A stretch of DNA of 64,000 bases from Camelus dromedarius. Lineage: Eukaryota. The notes under the pieces were generated by a model that saw nothing but the letters and a program-made list of their open reading frames with translations, was not told the origin of the DNA and did no database searches. Positions 52,400-64,000 of the stretch are shown one piece after another. Location: positions 112,222,001 through 112,286,000 of the forward strand of contig NC_087436.1 in assembly GCF_036321535.1 (NCBI RefSeq), in the 5' to 3' direction. Position 1 is the stretch's first letter, and every line of letters starts with the position of its first letter. A program made the position numbers and the translations under genes.

Positions 52400-55110
52400 G
52401 AAGCCCCCAAGTTCTTTTTACCAGACTGAGTCATAAAATTCTTTCTTTTATATAAGGTAAGGTCTATGTGACAAAAAATAAACAGTTGCTGCTGTTCTAT
52501 TAGTAATTAATGATAAACAGACCCACTGTTAATAATTAATAAAAAGAAATATTAAGCATAATTCAACTCTATTTTTTTAAGTCCACCAGGACTGTACATG
52601 ATATAACATAGGATTTCAATAATAGTTTGTAAATAATAAGCTATTATTACTGTATGTTAACAGCATTAGGTCAAAGGAAACAAAGTTTATCATTTAAAAA
52701 AATGGTGTAAAGGCATTTTATAAAATTTGTGACCAATTTCTATTTTAAAAATTCATGTAGTAATATAAAGAAAAGCTACTTACCATGAAAATATATATAT
52801 ATATTTCACAGTAATACTTGATAGTCACTTAAAGGTAAAATATCAAAATCAAGAACCAAAAAAAGCAAGCTTCTTATCATTATATTTGTACATTTGAGAA
52901 ATTCTGACCAAAGGAAAAAATTTAAAACAAAGATAAATATTGAAAAGAAAGAAAAATTTTTCTTTACAGCTCATGTACTTATATATCTAGAAAAGCCAAA
53001 GGAATGTGGTAGAAACTATCAAAATTTAATAAAAGTTAGGAGTTTGAATCCATAATAAGCTAATAAAGATTACCAAAAATAATGTATAAAATAATTTTTT
53101 AAATCCTATTTCCTGTAGCAACAAAAATGATACATCATAAATAATTCTGATAGAAACTGTGTGACCTATATAAAGAAAGCTACAAGACTTGAAGGAGAGA
53201 TGTAAGAGAAACCTCGCATATAAGGAGAGAGGCAGTCCACGTGGTGATGCTGAGTGGCTTGCTACAATTTTAATAAAAATCCCAACTTTGACAAAATGAT
53301 TCTAAAGTTAACCTATAAAAATAAACAGGATAGTCAGGAAATTTTTAAACAGGATGTACACTGTATTTTATAAAGCTATGAAAATTTAAATAATGTGACA
53401 CTGGTGTAAAAGCAGCATTAAGGACAAAAACTCAGAAAAGTAATTCTATTATGTATCATATTGTACTATATGACAGGTACTTCATCACAAGTCAATTACC
53501 AGAAAGGCTAGGATTTTTTAATAAACAGATCGGAGCCAATCAGCTAACACTTTGGAACACAGTCTCTGTAAATTATTACATCATTCCCCATACCAAAAGA
53601 TATTTCTGAGTAATTAGAGAATATAACACATATAAATACAAATTAAAAGAGGATTCAGTTTAATTCCCTTGTTTTGGAGGGAGAAAGTTTTCTATTCTCA
53701 GGAGTGATGAAATAATTCCGCAGGAAAGATGAACAGACAAACCCTGGTACAGTACACAGGCAGCATTCAACCTGATGGATTTGTGCTTGCATTATACCTG
53801 GTGTTTACATTTTGAAAATCACTCTTGTAGACAAATATGTTTCAATGAAAAATGTTGTGGGGTAAAACCAAAAATATGATGATATGACTACGAAAAATTA
53901 TTCAACAAATGTGAAAAACAGGTAAGAAAAGCATGAAGACTCCCATAGGTAAGTTAGTGAAGGAAAGAAAGAGAAAATTCACGAAAAGGGAAAGGTAAAT
54001 AGCAAATAAAATATAAGAAGATGTCAAACCTCAATGCACATAATAAGATACTATTTTTTGCTGATCAGTCATTTTATATACGTCCTTAAAATAATTATTT
54101 TCAAAACCATATAATGGCAAGAGTGAGGTTAAAACAAACACCCTCATAAATTATGTGTGGCAATTTAAATGATAGTTCGGAAAAGGAACATAGCAATTTG
54201 TAGAATTTTAAATGTTCATTTGCATACTTTGACTGAGGAATTCCACTTCTGAGCGTCTAGCTTAAGTAAATAATTCTGGATGTGGAAAACACGCTATGAA
54301 TGAAGATCTTAAATGCTTTGGTATATATAATAGTGAAAAGTAGTAACAGCTCTTTGACCTCAGAAGAATGGTATAATGGGGCTGAATTCTATCTCCCCAA
54401 AACAGTATGTTCGAGTACCTCTGACACCTGCGAATGGTACTCTGTTTTAAAGTAGGGTCTTTGCAGATGCAATCAAGTTAAGAAGAGTTAAAAATGAATT
54501 AGAGTGGGCCCTAATCCAATATGACTCGTATCCCTATGAGAAGAGGAGATACAGACACACCAGAAGCCCACATGAAGACAGAGGCAGAGATTGGAGTAAC
54601 GCATCTACAAGCCAAGGAATGCCAAGTATCACTGGCATAACCAGAAGCCAGGAGAGAGTCATGGAACAGATTCTCCCTGAGAGCATTCAGAGAGAACTGA
54701 CACCTTGGTTTTGGACTTTGAGCCTCCAGAACTGTGAGACCATGCATTTCTCTTGTTTTAAGCCACCCAGTTTGTGGTAATTTGTTACTGCAACCCTAAG
54801 GAACTGATACAAATCATTACACCTTTGTGTTAGTTAAGAAACTACTTCTCAGTGGAATATGCAGATACTAAAAATAAATTAAAACAATGTAATTATTTAG
54901 AAAAAGGGTTATAATATAAGTAAACAGACAAGATACAAAGTATATAAAATTATGAATGCTATGAATGGAAACAATCCACTGATGCACAGAAAAAAGACGG
55001 GGAAGGAATTTCAACAAAATATTCAGAGTGTTTGCATTTGCACAGTGAAACATCAGCATGATTTCTACTTTTCTAGATTTTTCAATTTTCTTTAGCAAAA
55101 ATGCATCCAT
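52400..55110 (+). mobile_element. Ancient degenerate L1 (L1ME-like), interrupted by MLT1C
   Basis: A-rich ORF2 remnants (tgacaaaatgattctaaagtt, aattccacttct) and an L1ME-like 3' end. Confidence 0.6.
54370..54811 (+). mobile_element. MaLR solo LTR (MLT1C-like)
   Basis: ccctaatccaatatgact, gaggcagagattggag, gcctccagaactgtgaga, ttttaagccacccagtttgtggtaatttgttac. Confidence 0.88.
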
Positions 55111-55739
55111 AATTAATTATCATAGTTGGTTAAGACTAATCAAGACACCCTAGGACTGGGGCTTGAGCTGCCTTTTATAAGGTCTTTGATTCTGCAATTA
55201 AAAGACCTGAACAAAGTTGGGATCCTATTAATAAGAAAGAGGATAGAATGTTCAGTAGGCAACTAAAAAGATCTGCTACCATATCCCTGGTGATACTCCA
55301 AATTTTGTTGAAAGCTGTGAAGAGAGGGATGATAAAGGTATAATTAGTGTGAAGAAAGAGTATTTCCTGGAGAGTATGTGACACCACTGAAGTGTCCATT
55401 TAAGTCACTGGAAAAGATCAACATTAATATGATACACACTGATCACTAACAACCAATCTTAAAGTCACAGACAACCTAATTTTCCTATTCTTGGTAAGCC
55501 AAATACTAGAACCAGCTCTTCCTTTTAGGGTTATGTAGGATTTACTCAATTGATCACAAAAGTTGATTTCACAAAGTCCAGTGGTATATGTTCGCAATTC
55601 AGTTGGGTAAACCCTTGTATACCTGTTACTTAAACTTGCATTCCTTCATATTTCTTGCTCAATACTGGGTTGGGAGTTCATGTGAAAGCCCTGAACAAAA
55701 ATATCACAATTCCAACCTTTAAATATCCTGTAGTCACGT

Positions 55740-56340
55740 TAAAGAAACAGACATTTAACAAAACATAGCACATAATATGTAATTATGATTGTGATTAAGT
55801 AGCACAAAGCAGAGGCAACAGATACCGTAAGAGAATGTAAGGAGGAAAGCTGGTCTAGCCTGGGGAGGCTGGGGCATGCTGTTTAAGCCAACATATTTAA
55901 GATGAGGTTAAACTGATTCCTCGAGAGAAAGGAAGAAATTACCAAGCAAACTGAATGGCAGTGACGTGAGTGTACTGAACAGAAGGAGCAGCTTATGCAG
56001 TTTCTAGTCTAGAACAATTTTGATTGATCTGAGGAAGGAAGAAGAGTCTAGTGTAATTGACATGCAACAAGCAATGTGGAGTGTGGTGAGAGAGGAGGCT
56101 GGGGGTCCATACAAAGTCCTGTAGACAATGTCCCTGATATGGGACTTAATCCTGAGTGCAAGAAGAAGCCACTGAAGGACTCTAAAAAAAAGAGTGATGT
56201 ATGCTTTACGTAGATAAGGACAGGGCAGGAGTAGATGAGGGGAGACCAGGAAACAAGTGATGGTAGGAGTCTTGGTCAAAGACAATGGTGGTTTGCACTA
56301 AGAAGTGAGGGTGTAGAACAGATCTGAGATATTTATATAT
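55740..56340 (-). mobile_element. L2 LINE fragment
   Basis: Purine-rich L2 pattern: ggacttaatcctgagtgcaa, gaagccactgaaggac, gggagaccagg. Confidence 0.6.
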
Positions 56341-56857
56341 AACTAAGTAAATTTGGTCACACTGGAACTCTGACAAATGTCAAACACCTGGAAATTTTAG
56401 GCTACATGATCTAATCAGGGTCTCCTGTGATCACCTCAGGCATGCATTCATCCAACATTAACTTAACTCTGTGCAAAAACTATACTCAAACTCACCAATT
56501 CATTATTCTGCTGTATCCGTCCGTCAGTTGAGTGCATTTATTGAGTTTTCTATTCTAACAGTTATGTATTTTTTTTATTTTTAAAATCTCTGGTGATGTC
56601 TGTTACCTGCTTGGTCTTTCCATGTGATATCCATTTTAGATTTATTATTGCATTCTTCTCCCTTACCTTTCAAATAATATTGAATGTGCTTTAAAAGTTT
56701 TATTCTGCCTATTCTGGATGATTTACTCTATTTCCTCATCTAAATACTGTTACAGTTTTCAGGTTTGTGGTCTACTTCATAATCTAGGCCCTGCTCAGAT
56801 ATTTACTGAGTACTCAGCTCTCCCTTATGTGAACTGGGCTGGGTATCAACCTTCATT

Positions 56858-57335
56858 AACAGCTATGATGTCCTTTGGTATTACATCTTGTTCAGCAAAA
56901 ATTCACTTCCTTATGCCCAGCCTCCATGGTATGAATACACACCCTCAAACCTTTGATGTTAGGCTTGGCCATGTGACTCTCCCTGGCCAATGAGATGTCA
57001 TCAAACCTAATACCAGTAGTGACTTGCTTGCATGGTTAATCTTGCTTGCTGAAATTTTTGCCTTCCCCATGAGAAACACATGCTCTGAATACCTGCTGGT
57101 CCCAGAAAAATGAGAAAATGGGAGGAAAGATCTAAATTAAACCTGTGTCCCACAGCCAAGAAAAACTGAATCCAGCTTAGATCAGCTATATGCCAGCCAA
57201 CTCCCATCCCATCACTTGAAAAAATAGTATCCAGCTGATTCCTCTCAGGCTCATGAGTGAGAAGTAAATGTTTATTACTGTATGTCATTGATGTTTTTGT
57301 GATGGTTTGTTATACAGCAATAGCTGACTGACACA
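56858..57335 (+). mobile_element. MaLR LTR (MLT1H/I-like)
   Basis: aggcttggccatgtgact...ggccaatgagatg...tttgttatacagcaatagctgactgacaca. Confidence 0.7.
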
Positions 57336-59251
57336 TCTTATCTCTTCTACTAAAAATTTTCCACAGCTTCTGGTCCATGAAGGGTTTTCTCAGACCACCA
57401 TCATGAAATTAGAAATATGAGCATGATATTGAATCAGTTATAGTATTATTCTAACTGGTTTAATCAGAAAAGCTCTAGGAATTTGGAAAAGGTCCAGAGA
57501 ATAGCACTTGGAGGCTACTACCTATCCAGTAATAACTTCCACATTATAGCAAAGGGCTGCTGTCCTGGTGACACTAGTGCCACCACTTCTGGGCTCAGAT
57601 ACCGTGATGACATCTCTGGGGCTGGATGGCACCATTAAAACTGCTACATCTGACACCTCTGCACACAGCACACTCCTGTCACTGGCCTCACCAGGACAGA
57701 CCCTGCCCAGCCTTTGCATCTTCACTTGGCTGGCTTCTGAACTGGAATCTCACACAGTTGTATCTGATCCAGATCCTCAGTCACATTCCAGCAAGGAAAG
57801 CTGAGAAGGTGAATTTTTGGCTTGATCTTGGGGAGAAGAGAACCTATACTGTAGGAAAGTCCTCAAACATAAAAAGGCAGTTTAAAAGGTTGATGGACAT
57901 GCCTTACAATCACTGCTTGGTTATTTTAGAAATAAGAAAGACAACATGTTTGTACACCTAAGAATTTCAGAGACTACAACTCTCAATTAAATTAACTGAT
58001 GTAATATTCACAGGCGCCCTTGGTGGAGTACCTATCAAGTAGCAGGTACTCAACAAATGAGAAATCAGTCAACTCACAAATAAGACTACTAACTACTTCT
58101 ATAATATGAAACACAATACCCTTTTATTCTAGATTTTTAGTCTTTAATTCTCCAGTGAGTTGCCTTTTTTTTTTCCTATTCAAATCTCCATCCTTTATTT
58201 TCATTTATCACTCTTAATCTTCTCGTGGGATGATTCTATTTTGCAGCACATGTTTGTCAGAACCTTGCCAGCCAAACTGCTTATGACTTACCATCTGCTA
58301 GTCCACCAGCTAACAGTCTCTCCCCAAAAAACGTTCATTCTAAGTTGCTGGTCTGGATTAAGAATTTAAAGAGACAGAAATATCAGTGGACCAGTGATCC
58401 TCAAAATTGTAATTTGAGAGGAAAGGGGAAAAAAAGGTTCTGGCATGCCAAAACTGATATATAATAAAATGCTTCCCCCATTTTCTGTCTTCTTGAACTA
58501 TTGAAATTCCACATGTGAAGTAAGACCCGGAAAGCAGCAAATGTAAATTAATAGAGAAAAAAGGAAACATAACTTTTGAACTTTGTTAATGTAAAAATAT
58601 ACTTTACACTTTAGCCTTCTGGAAGATTAGGCAATGTGGGTTAACCCACACTTTTGAAAAAAGGAAATAAACATTTATTGATCACTAGTCATGTGTCAGA
58701 CCATTGGGCTCTGGGATTCAAAAGTAAGCAACACCAGCAGGGTGCCCGCTCCACATCTGCTGCATTCGAACTTGGGCTTCCAACTAGATGACTCCAATAA
58801 AATGAAAATATTCCTTTATCCATGAAAATAAATCAGTATCACTCTGAAAAGAAGGTAAGAATCAGGAAGGGAAGATGGGAGGGAAAGAGAATCTCAGCCT
58901 GGGTTCTCCTGAAAGCAGAGTCTGAGACAATGGCTTATGTGGGAGGAGTTTATTTGGAAGTGTGAGCTCAGGGAGTAGAAATGAGGGAAGAGGAAGTGAA
59001 ATAGGAAAGGAGAGAGCACCATCCTCCCGCCTGCCTGCCTTCCATGTGCCATCTTCCGTGGGCTGCCACAGGTGACTGCATACTTGATCCCGCTGAGAAG
59101 CATTTTACGATGTGGAAGGAAAGAAGGGAAAAAGGAAGAAAGGAAGGGGGGAAGGAAGGAAGGAAAGAACACAAGTTTTGGCAGCGTGACTTTTTAATCA
59201 GAAGCACTGACAGAAGCCCCACTCAAATACTTGAAATTCTCCTATGTTTGA

Positions 59252-59383
59252 TTTTTGTAACTGAAGTGTTGTTGATTTACAATATTGTGTTAGTTTCAGG
59301 TATTCAGCAAACTGATTCAGTTATACATACTTTTTTTTCAGATTCTTCTCCATTATAGGTTTCTACAAGATATTGACTATAGC
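59252..59383 (-). mobile_element. L1 3' end fragment
   Basis: gttgatttacaatattgtgttagtttcagg...tacaagatattgactatag. Confidence 0.8.
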
Positions 59384-59467
59384 TGTATTAAATGGTTATA
59401 GCTTACCCTTACTGGCCATTCCATTCGATCCTCAGAAGAACCCTGAGGAGTAGGCAATATTCGTCAT

Positions 59468-59700
59468 ATAGCAGTGGGCTTAAAAGTGTGGGCTCTGGAG
59501 TTCAGACAGATTGGAAGGAAACACTGGCTCCATCACGTATCAGTTATGTGACCTTGGGCAAATTGCTTATCATTTTGTCATCTGTAAAGACGGAGAAAAT
59601 AAATTCACAATCCTCAAAGGACTGTTTGTTGTGAGGATTAAATGAGTTAACATTTTTCCAGTGCTCAGAATGGGTCTGGCAAAGACTAACTTAGCTATTA
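59468..59700 (+). mobile_element. MIR SINE
   Basis: ggctctggagttcagac...tgtgaccttgggcaa...gttgtgaggattaaatgag. Confidence 0.8.
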
Positions 59701-60323
59701 CAGATGCCGGTTTTTTCTCGGATGCTCTTAACCATGCTAAAGGACAGATTTCAAATGTTTTCTGCTCCATAAAAGAGGAGTCGCTCCTGCATTAGCAGAA
59801 TTACTTTGAAACTCTTCAAAATGAAATCCTCTAGAAACTGTCCGCAACAAGGCTACGGAGCAGCCAAATGAGCAGGATCCAGCCGAGTAGGTCTGGAACG
59901 GAGAGGGTAGGACTCAGCTGGGAAAGTGCTATTTGAGCAAATGTGCGTTTCACTGATCGACGGCTTCCTGCGGGATGTCCTCCCAACATCGTTTCTCAAA
60001 CATGTAAAATCTTCATTGGAGGCTGCGTGCCAGGTTTCTCTCCTCTGTATCCGATGAGCCAGTGTTCCCTTCTCCCTGGCCATTTGGAGAGAAAGTGAAG
60101 CCAAGATCCTGTTTTCATCCAAATACTTAACATTTATGGAAATGTGTTTGGACGGTTTACAAAGGATCACCCTCCTCTTCCACTCCAGTGGAACGATTTT
60201 AGCAATTCCGGGGCTTCTCACTGCCTCCAACCCCAATTCTCTGCAGACGGGCAGAGAAGTTTCCTCACCCTCCCTTCTCAGCACCCCATGGATTCGACAA
60301 TATCTGTGAGGCCATCAACATTT

Positions 60324-60353
60324 AAACAAACAAACAAACAAACAAACAAACAA
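60324..60353. repeat. (AAAC)n microsatellite
   Basis: Directly visible. Confidence 0.95.
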
Positions 60354-61280
60354 ATTGTCTCTATCTGAAGCCTCGGAGGCGATACTTAGCACAATCGCGA
60401 ATAGGGAGTTATTTAGAGAGCAGTACACATGTTGATAATGCAGGAAGCGTGTCTCTGCTGACTAGGAAGCCTTCAGCCTTGAAGGAGGAGAGGGGCTGGG
60501 GAGGAAGCATGGAGCAGGCAAGATGGTGAAAGAATATAAGTCATTTTCCCAACTTGGGAGGTACATTAAATTTTGGCAGAAAGCAACCATTGCAAAATGT
60601 GTATTTATTTATTTATTGGAATGGATGTACTCAGCCCTTGCTTCTTCCCTCTGGGGGCAGCTGGAAGAGTCACAGAAAATGAGACTGACTCATATCTTGC
60701 TTTTACAGCTTAAACTACTCAGATCAGATCCCATAAACGCAAATCATGTACTAAATCCTCACAAGTTCTCACACCCACCCTCGGATGGCAATCCAAATTC
60801 CATTTATATTCTAGAATCCCCAAACCAAAATGGACTCATGTGTTTCCTAGCAGTTGGAGTGAGACCAGAGGCTCAATTTCTGACTCATTCCTTCTTATCA
60901 ATTTTGCCCATCTACTCTCACAAAGACACACACACACACTTGTGTGTATCCTGTCCACACTTCTGAGTCAAATAACTTCACTCTTTACTGAAAAACCATT
61001 TAAGCTTTCCGAGAATTGTGCAGAATCTTCTAGATAAAGTCCTCGACAACCACAGGTCTCTCATGATTCCCCCGCCCATGCTGGTCCCCTCTTCCTCCCC
61101 ACCCACATGACTACTTAAGGCTCCTCTTCTGTCAAACTCCAGTTGTTCTCCTCTTCCCATCTTTATTTTTACTGATCCAAACCAGCTTTTATTTCCCCCA
61201 ATGGAACATCTCTGCCTTTTGTGTTCCATTGACTGTTGGAGCCAGGAGGTCACCCTTCAGAGTTCAACCATCTTCTTTTT

Positions 61281-61514
61281 TTTTTTTTCTATTCCCTTGT
61301 TTTTTTGTTTTTTGTTTTTTGTTTTTTTTTGTATTATTTAATTATTTTATTTTGGAGGAGGAGGGGAGGGTAATAAGGTTTATCTAGTTTTTTAGAGGAG
61401 GTTCTGGGGATTGAACCCATGACCTCATGCAAGCTAAACACTAGCATGCTTAGCTTACCATGTGCTCTACCACTTGAGCTATACCCTCCCCACAACTTGA
61501 GCTATACCCTCCCC
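61281..61514 (-). mobile_element. Complete camelid tRNA-derived SINE (Vic-1-like) with internal duplications
   Basis: A box, B box, C-rich linker and A-tail. TSD accatcttcttttt (61267-61280) and accgtcttcttttt (61515-61528). Confidence 0.9.
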
Positions 61515-62039
61515 ACCGTCTTCTTTTTCAGACAAGAGATTGAAGCTTGGGGAGAAAAAGTGACATGTCTGCTCCCAGGCAAATGTCCAAGTATTTATCG
61601 GATTTTGACTCAGTATAGCACACTACTAAAGAGGGCAGAGTTACGTCTTAAACTCAATTTGCAAGTCTCACCACCTTCTTGAAAGAAAATGGCAGTTGAC
61701 AGCATTCAAATGAACACATCCAGCATGTTTGTGCCGATTGTATGATATAATTTGGTAATAGTCATAGTTACCTGTGTGAATTAGTGGAATCAGTCACTGG
61801 CCTGGAGACCTGCATTCAAAAATCTATCTCAGCCTCTTTGTGGCCACAGGCAATTCACTTATGCTCACCAAGCCTCCATTGCCTTGGTCTCCTCATCTAT
61901 AAAATGGGGTTATTGATAACACACTCATAAAGTTGTCATAGGATTAAATGAGATCTAGAGTGAAAATAATAATGAAAACAGTCGCTATTGGTTAAGCATT
62001 GGGCCAGGGGTTTTAAAATCCATTCTCCAAGGGATCAAT

Positions 62040-62340
62040 AGTAGCCAGAGGTTAGGAATGAAGGGGGTAAGAGTGGGGGTTGTGACTACAAAGGGGTAGC
62101 CCCAGAGAGACCTTTGTGGTGATGGAATAGGTCTGTATCTTGATTGTGGTGGTAGCTTCGACAGATCTATACATGTGATAAAATGGCACAGATTTATACA
62201 CACACATTGTACAAAGTCAATTTCTTTGTTTGATACTGTATTATAGTTACATAAGATAGAACCACTGGGGGGAACCGAGGTAAGAATACACGAGACCTTA
62301 TACTATCTTTGCAATTGCTGTGAATATAGAGTTACTTAAA
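62040..62340 (+). mobile_element. L1MC/MD-type 3' end, flanked by MIRs
   Basis: gtggtgatggaata...ctgtatcttgattgtggtggt...catgtgataaaat. Confidence 0.75.
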
Positions 62341-63479
62341 AAAAATTTTTTTAAACAAAAAAATAAAATAAAACCCATTTTTGAATGGAAAATCACTGAA
62401 CCTTAGAAAGGTTAAATAACTCGCCCAAGGTAACACAAACATTACATGACAAAGGCAGGATTCAAACCCCATCTGTTGACAGCAACGACCATGCTTTCCC
62501 ACTCCTCTGTGGCACTCAACGTGGCACCAGGCATTGTCCCCCTGCCCCATGCCCCCAGGCCACAACAGATAAGGAACTTGTCATCTGCTTCTTGAGTGTC
62601 CGAGCAACGTGTAAGTAACCACCTGCTCTTCCATCTGGTTCCTTTAGACATTTACGATCTTGCAAACAAAACCTTTAGATTTTACAAAAGCCACAGAGAA
62701 GTGAAAACTGTCGTCACCAATGATCCTAGTTCAGATGATTAAGGGCATGTCAACATCTGAACATAGGGGGTAGTTTGATGTGTCTTTGGAGCCCCTTTAA
62801 CTTGCCCCAGAATAATCAGCACATTCAGTCGTGATCCTGCAGCAGTCAGGCAAACCTTAAATCTAGAACAGCCAAATTCACTTTGGGATTTCCCTACACA
62901 CTCAGCCAGCGGTAATCGGCTACCCAGTGCTCCCTAAATGTCACCTGGGATCTAGCTGGACATATTCATCTCCAGGCCAGTTTCTGTGACCGCATGGCCT
63001 GTCTTGTTGGTTGAGTACCATCTCTGCCCTTGTCATCAATTCCATTTCCATTTTTTCTGATTTGCTATTCTTCCCAAAGCAATGAGTCGGACTTTGTGCA
63101 GAGTGCAATGAGAAGCATGAAGTAGATTGGACCAAAACTCGGTTAGCAGTGTGCTTACCTGAAGAGTTGTCCAGATAGAGAGATGCAGGAGAGCAAAGAA
63201 CAGAGAGAAGGGTAAGATGCCATTAGGAAAGACGTCATGGAGGTGGTAATATTGAGATAGGCTTAAGAGTTCGTTGATCCAACTCTTTTCCCCCAAACGC
63301 ATAACCTTGGGAGAGGAGAGCTTCTAGCATCAGCTATCTGCTGGGCCCCAGATCTGACCGCTTGAACAAATGCATTCCACACTCCTGTCTGTTATTTCTC
63401 GAGCACTAAGGACAAGTTCCACGGCCAAGCCAAAATAAGCAGAGCAGTCCTCTGCATGTTTTGTTTTGTTTTGTTTTCG

Positions 63480-63652
63480 CTTATTTATTTTTATTGAAGT
63501 ATAGTTGATTTACGATGCTGCATTAGTTATACATATATTCTTTTTCAACTTCTTTCTTATTATCGGTTATTATAAGATATTAAATAGAGTTCCCTGTGCT
63601 CTACAGTAGAATTTTGTTGTTTATCTATTTTATACATAGTAGTGTGTATCTG
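63480..63652 (-). mobile_element. L1 3' end fragment with (TTTTG)n-derived tail
   Basis: ttgaagtatagttgattt...gttccctgtgctctacagtag...tttatacatagtagtgtgtatctg. Confidence 0.8.
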
Positions 63653-64000
63653 CATTGTACATTTTTTAAAGTCTAAATGATTTAGTATCAAATAGCAACA
63701 TGGGGAGGATACCAAATTTCAGGTTAATTCACTCTTTAACAAAAATACTTCTCCTTTTCTTCAAAGACACAGTCTAGATAAAGCTACGGCAAGTACACTC
63801 ATAAACAGAACACTGTGTACTGCAGCTGGAAGCTGATTGACAGCTCGCTCAACGCTTCTCTTCTTCCTGTGCCCCTTGCTACCTCTTCCCCTGTGTGCAG
63901 GAAGCACTGGCCTCCCCAAGGTCAGCCCCCACACCCTCCTCCCCAGACTCGGACACACCCCGGGCCCATCCAGGCTTGCTCTAGAGCCCTTGCATGTTCT

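Noticed and set aside
59853..60966. ORFs of 143 and 147 aa
   Set aside because: No recognisable homology or supporting gene structure.
1..64000. CRISPR arrays, operons or other prokaryotic systems
   Set aside because: The sequence is mammalian, and no regularly spaced repeat-spacer array was seen.

Overview
Mammalian genomic DNA, most likely a camelid judging by the tRNA-derived SINE and the L1 3' ends; the species call is an inference. The first ~6 kb hold the 3' end of LDB2 on the + strand: an alternative coding exon (1559-1663, GLGAIP...KEKH*), the terminal exon encoding the LIM-interaction domain (4584-4814) and the 3' UTR to ~5.92 kb. The remaining ~58 kb is intergenic and dominated by L1, MIR, L2, MaLR/ERVL LTRs and DNA-transposon fossils. 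No other protein-coding gene is supported. The main finding is a ~6-9 kb segment, between two near-identical tail-to-tail L1 copies (14175-16899 +, 22947-24388 -), that appears to be inverted. Three target-site duplications are swapped between the copies, a SINE is cut into halves 7.4 kb apart on opposite strands, and an ancient L1 continues across the junction on the other strand. The two L1 copies also share the same inactivating lesions, which suggests gene conversion or a defective source element. An assembly flip between the repeats is the main alternative explanation. Other candidates are extra LID-less LDB2 acceptors, a TAATTA/octamer cluster in the last intron, a TCF/LEF site cluster and an ancient palindrome. 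Repeat family names and most repeat boundaries were judged by eye and are approximate.
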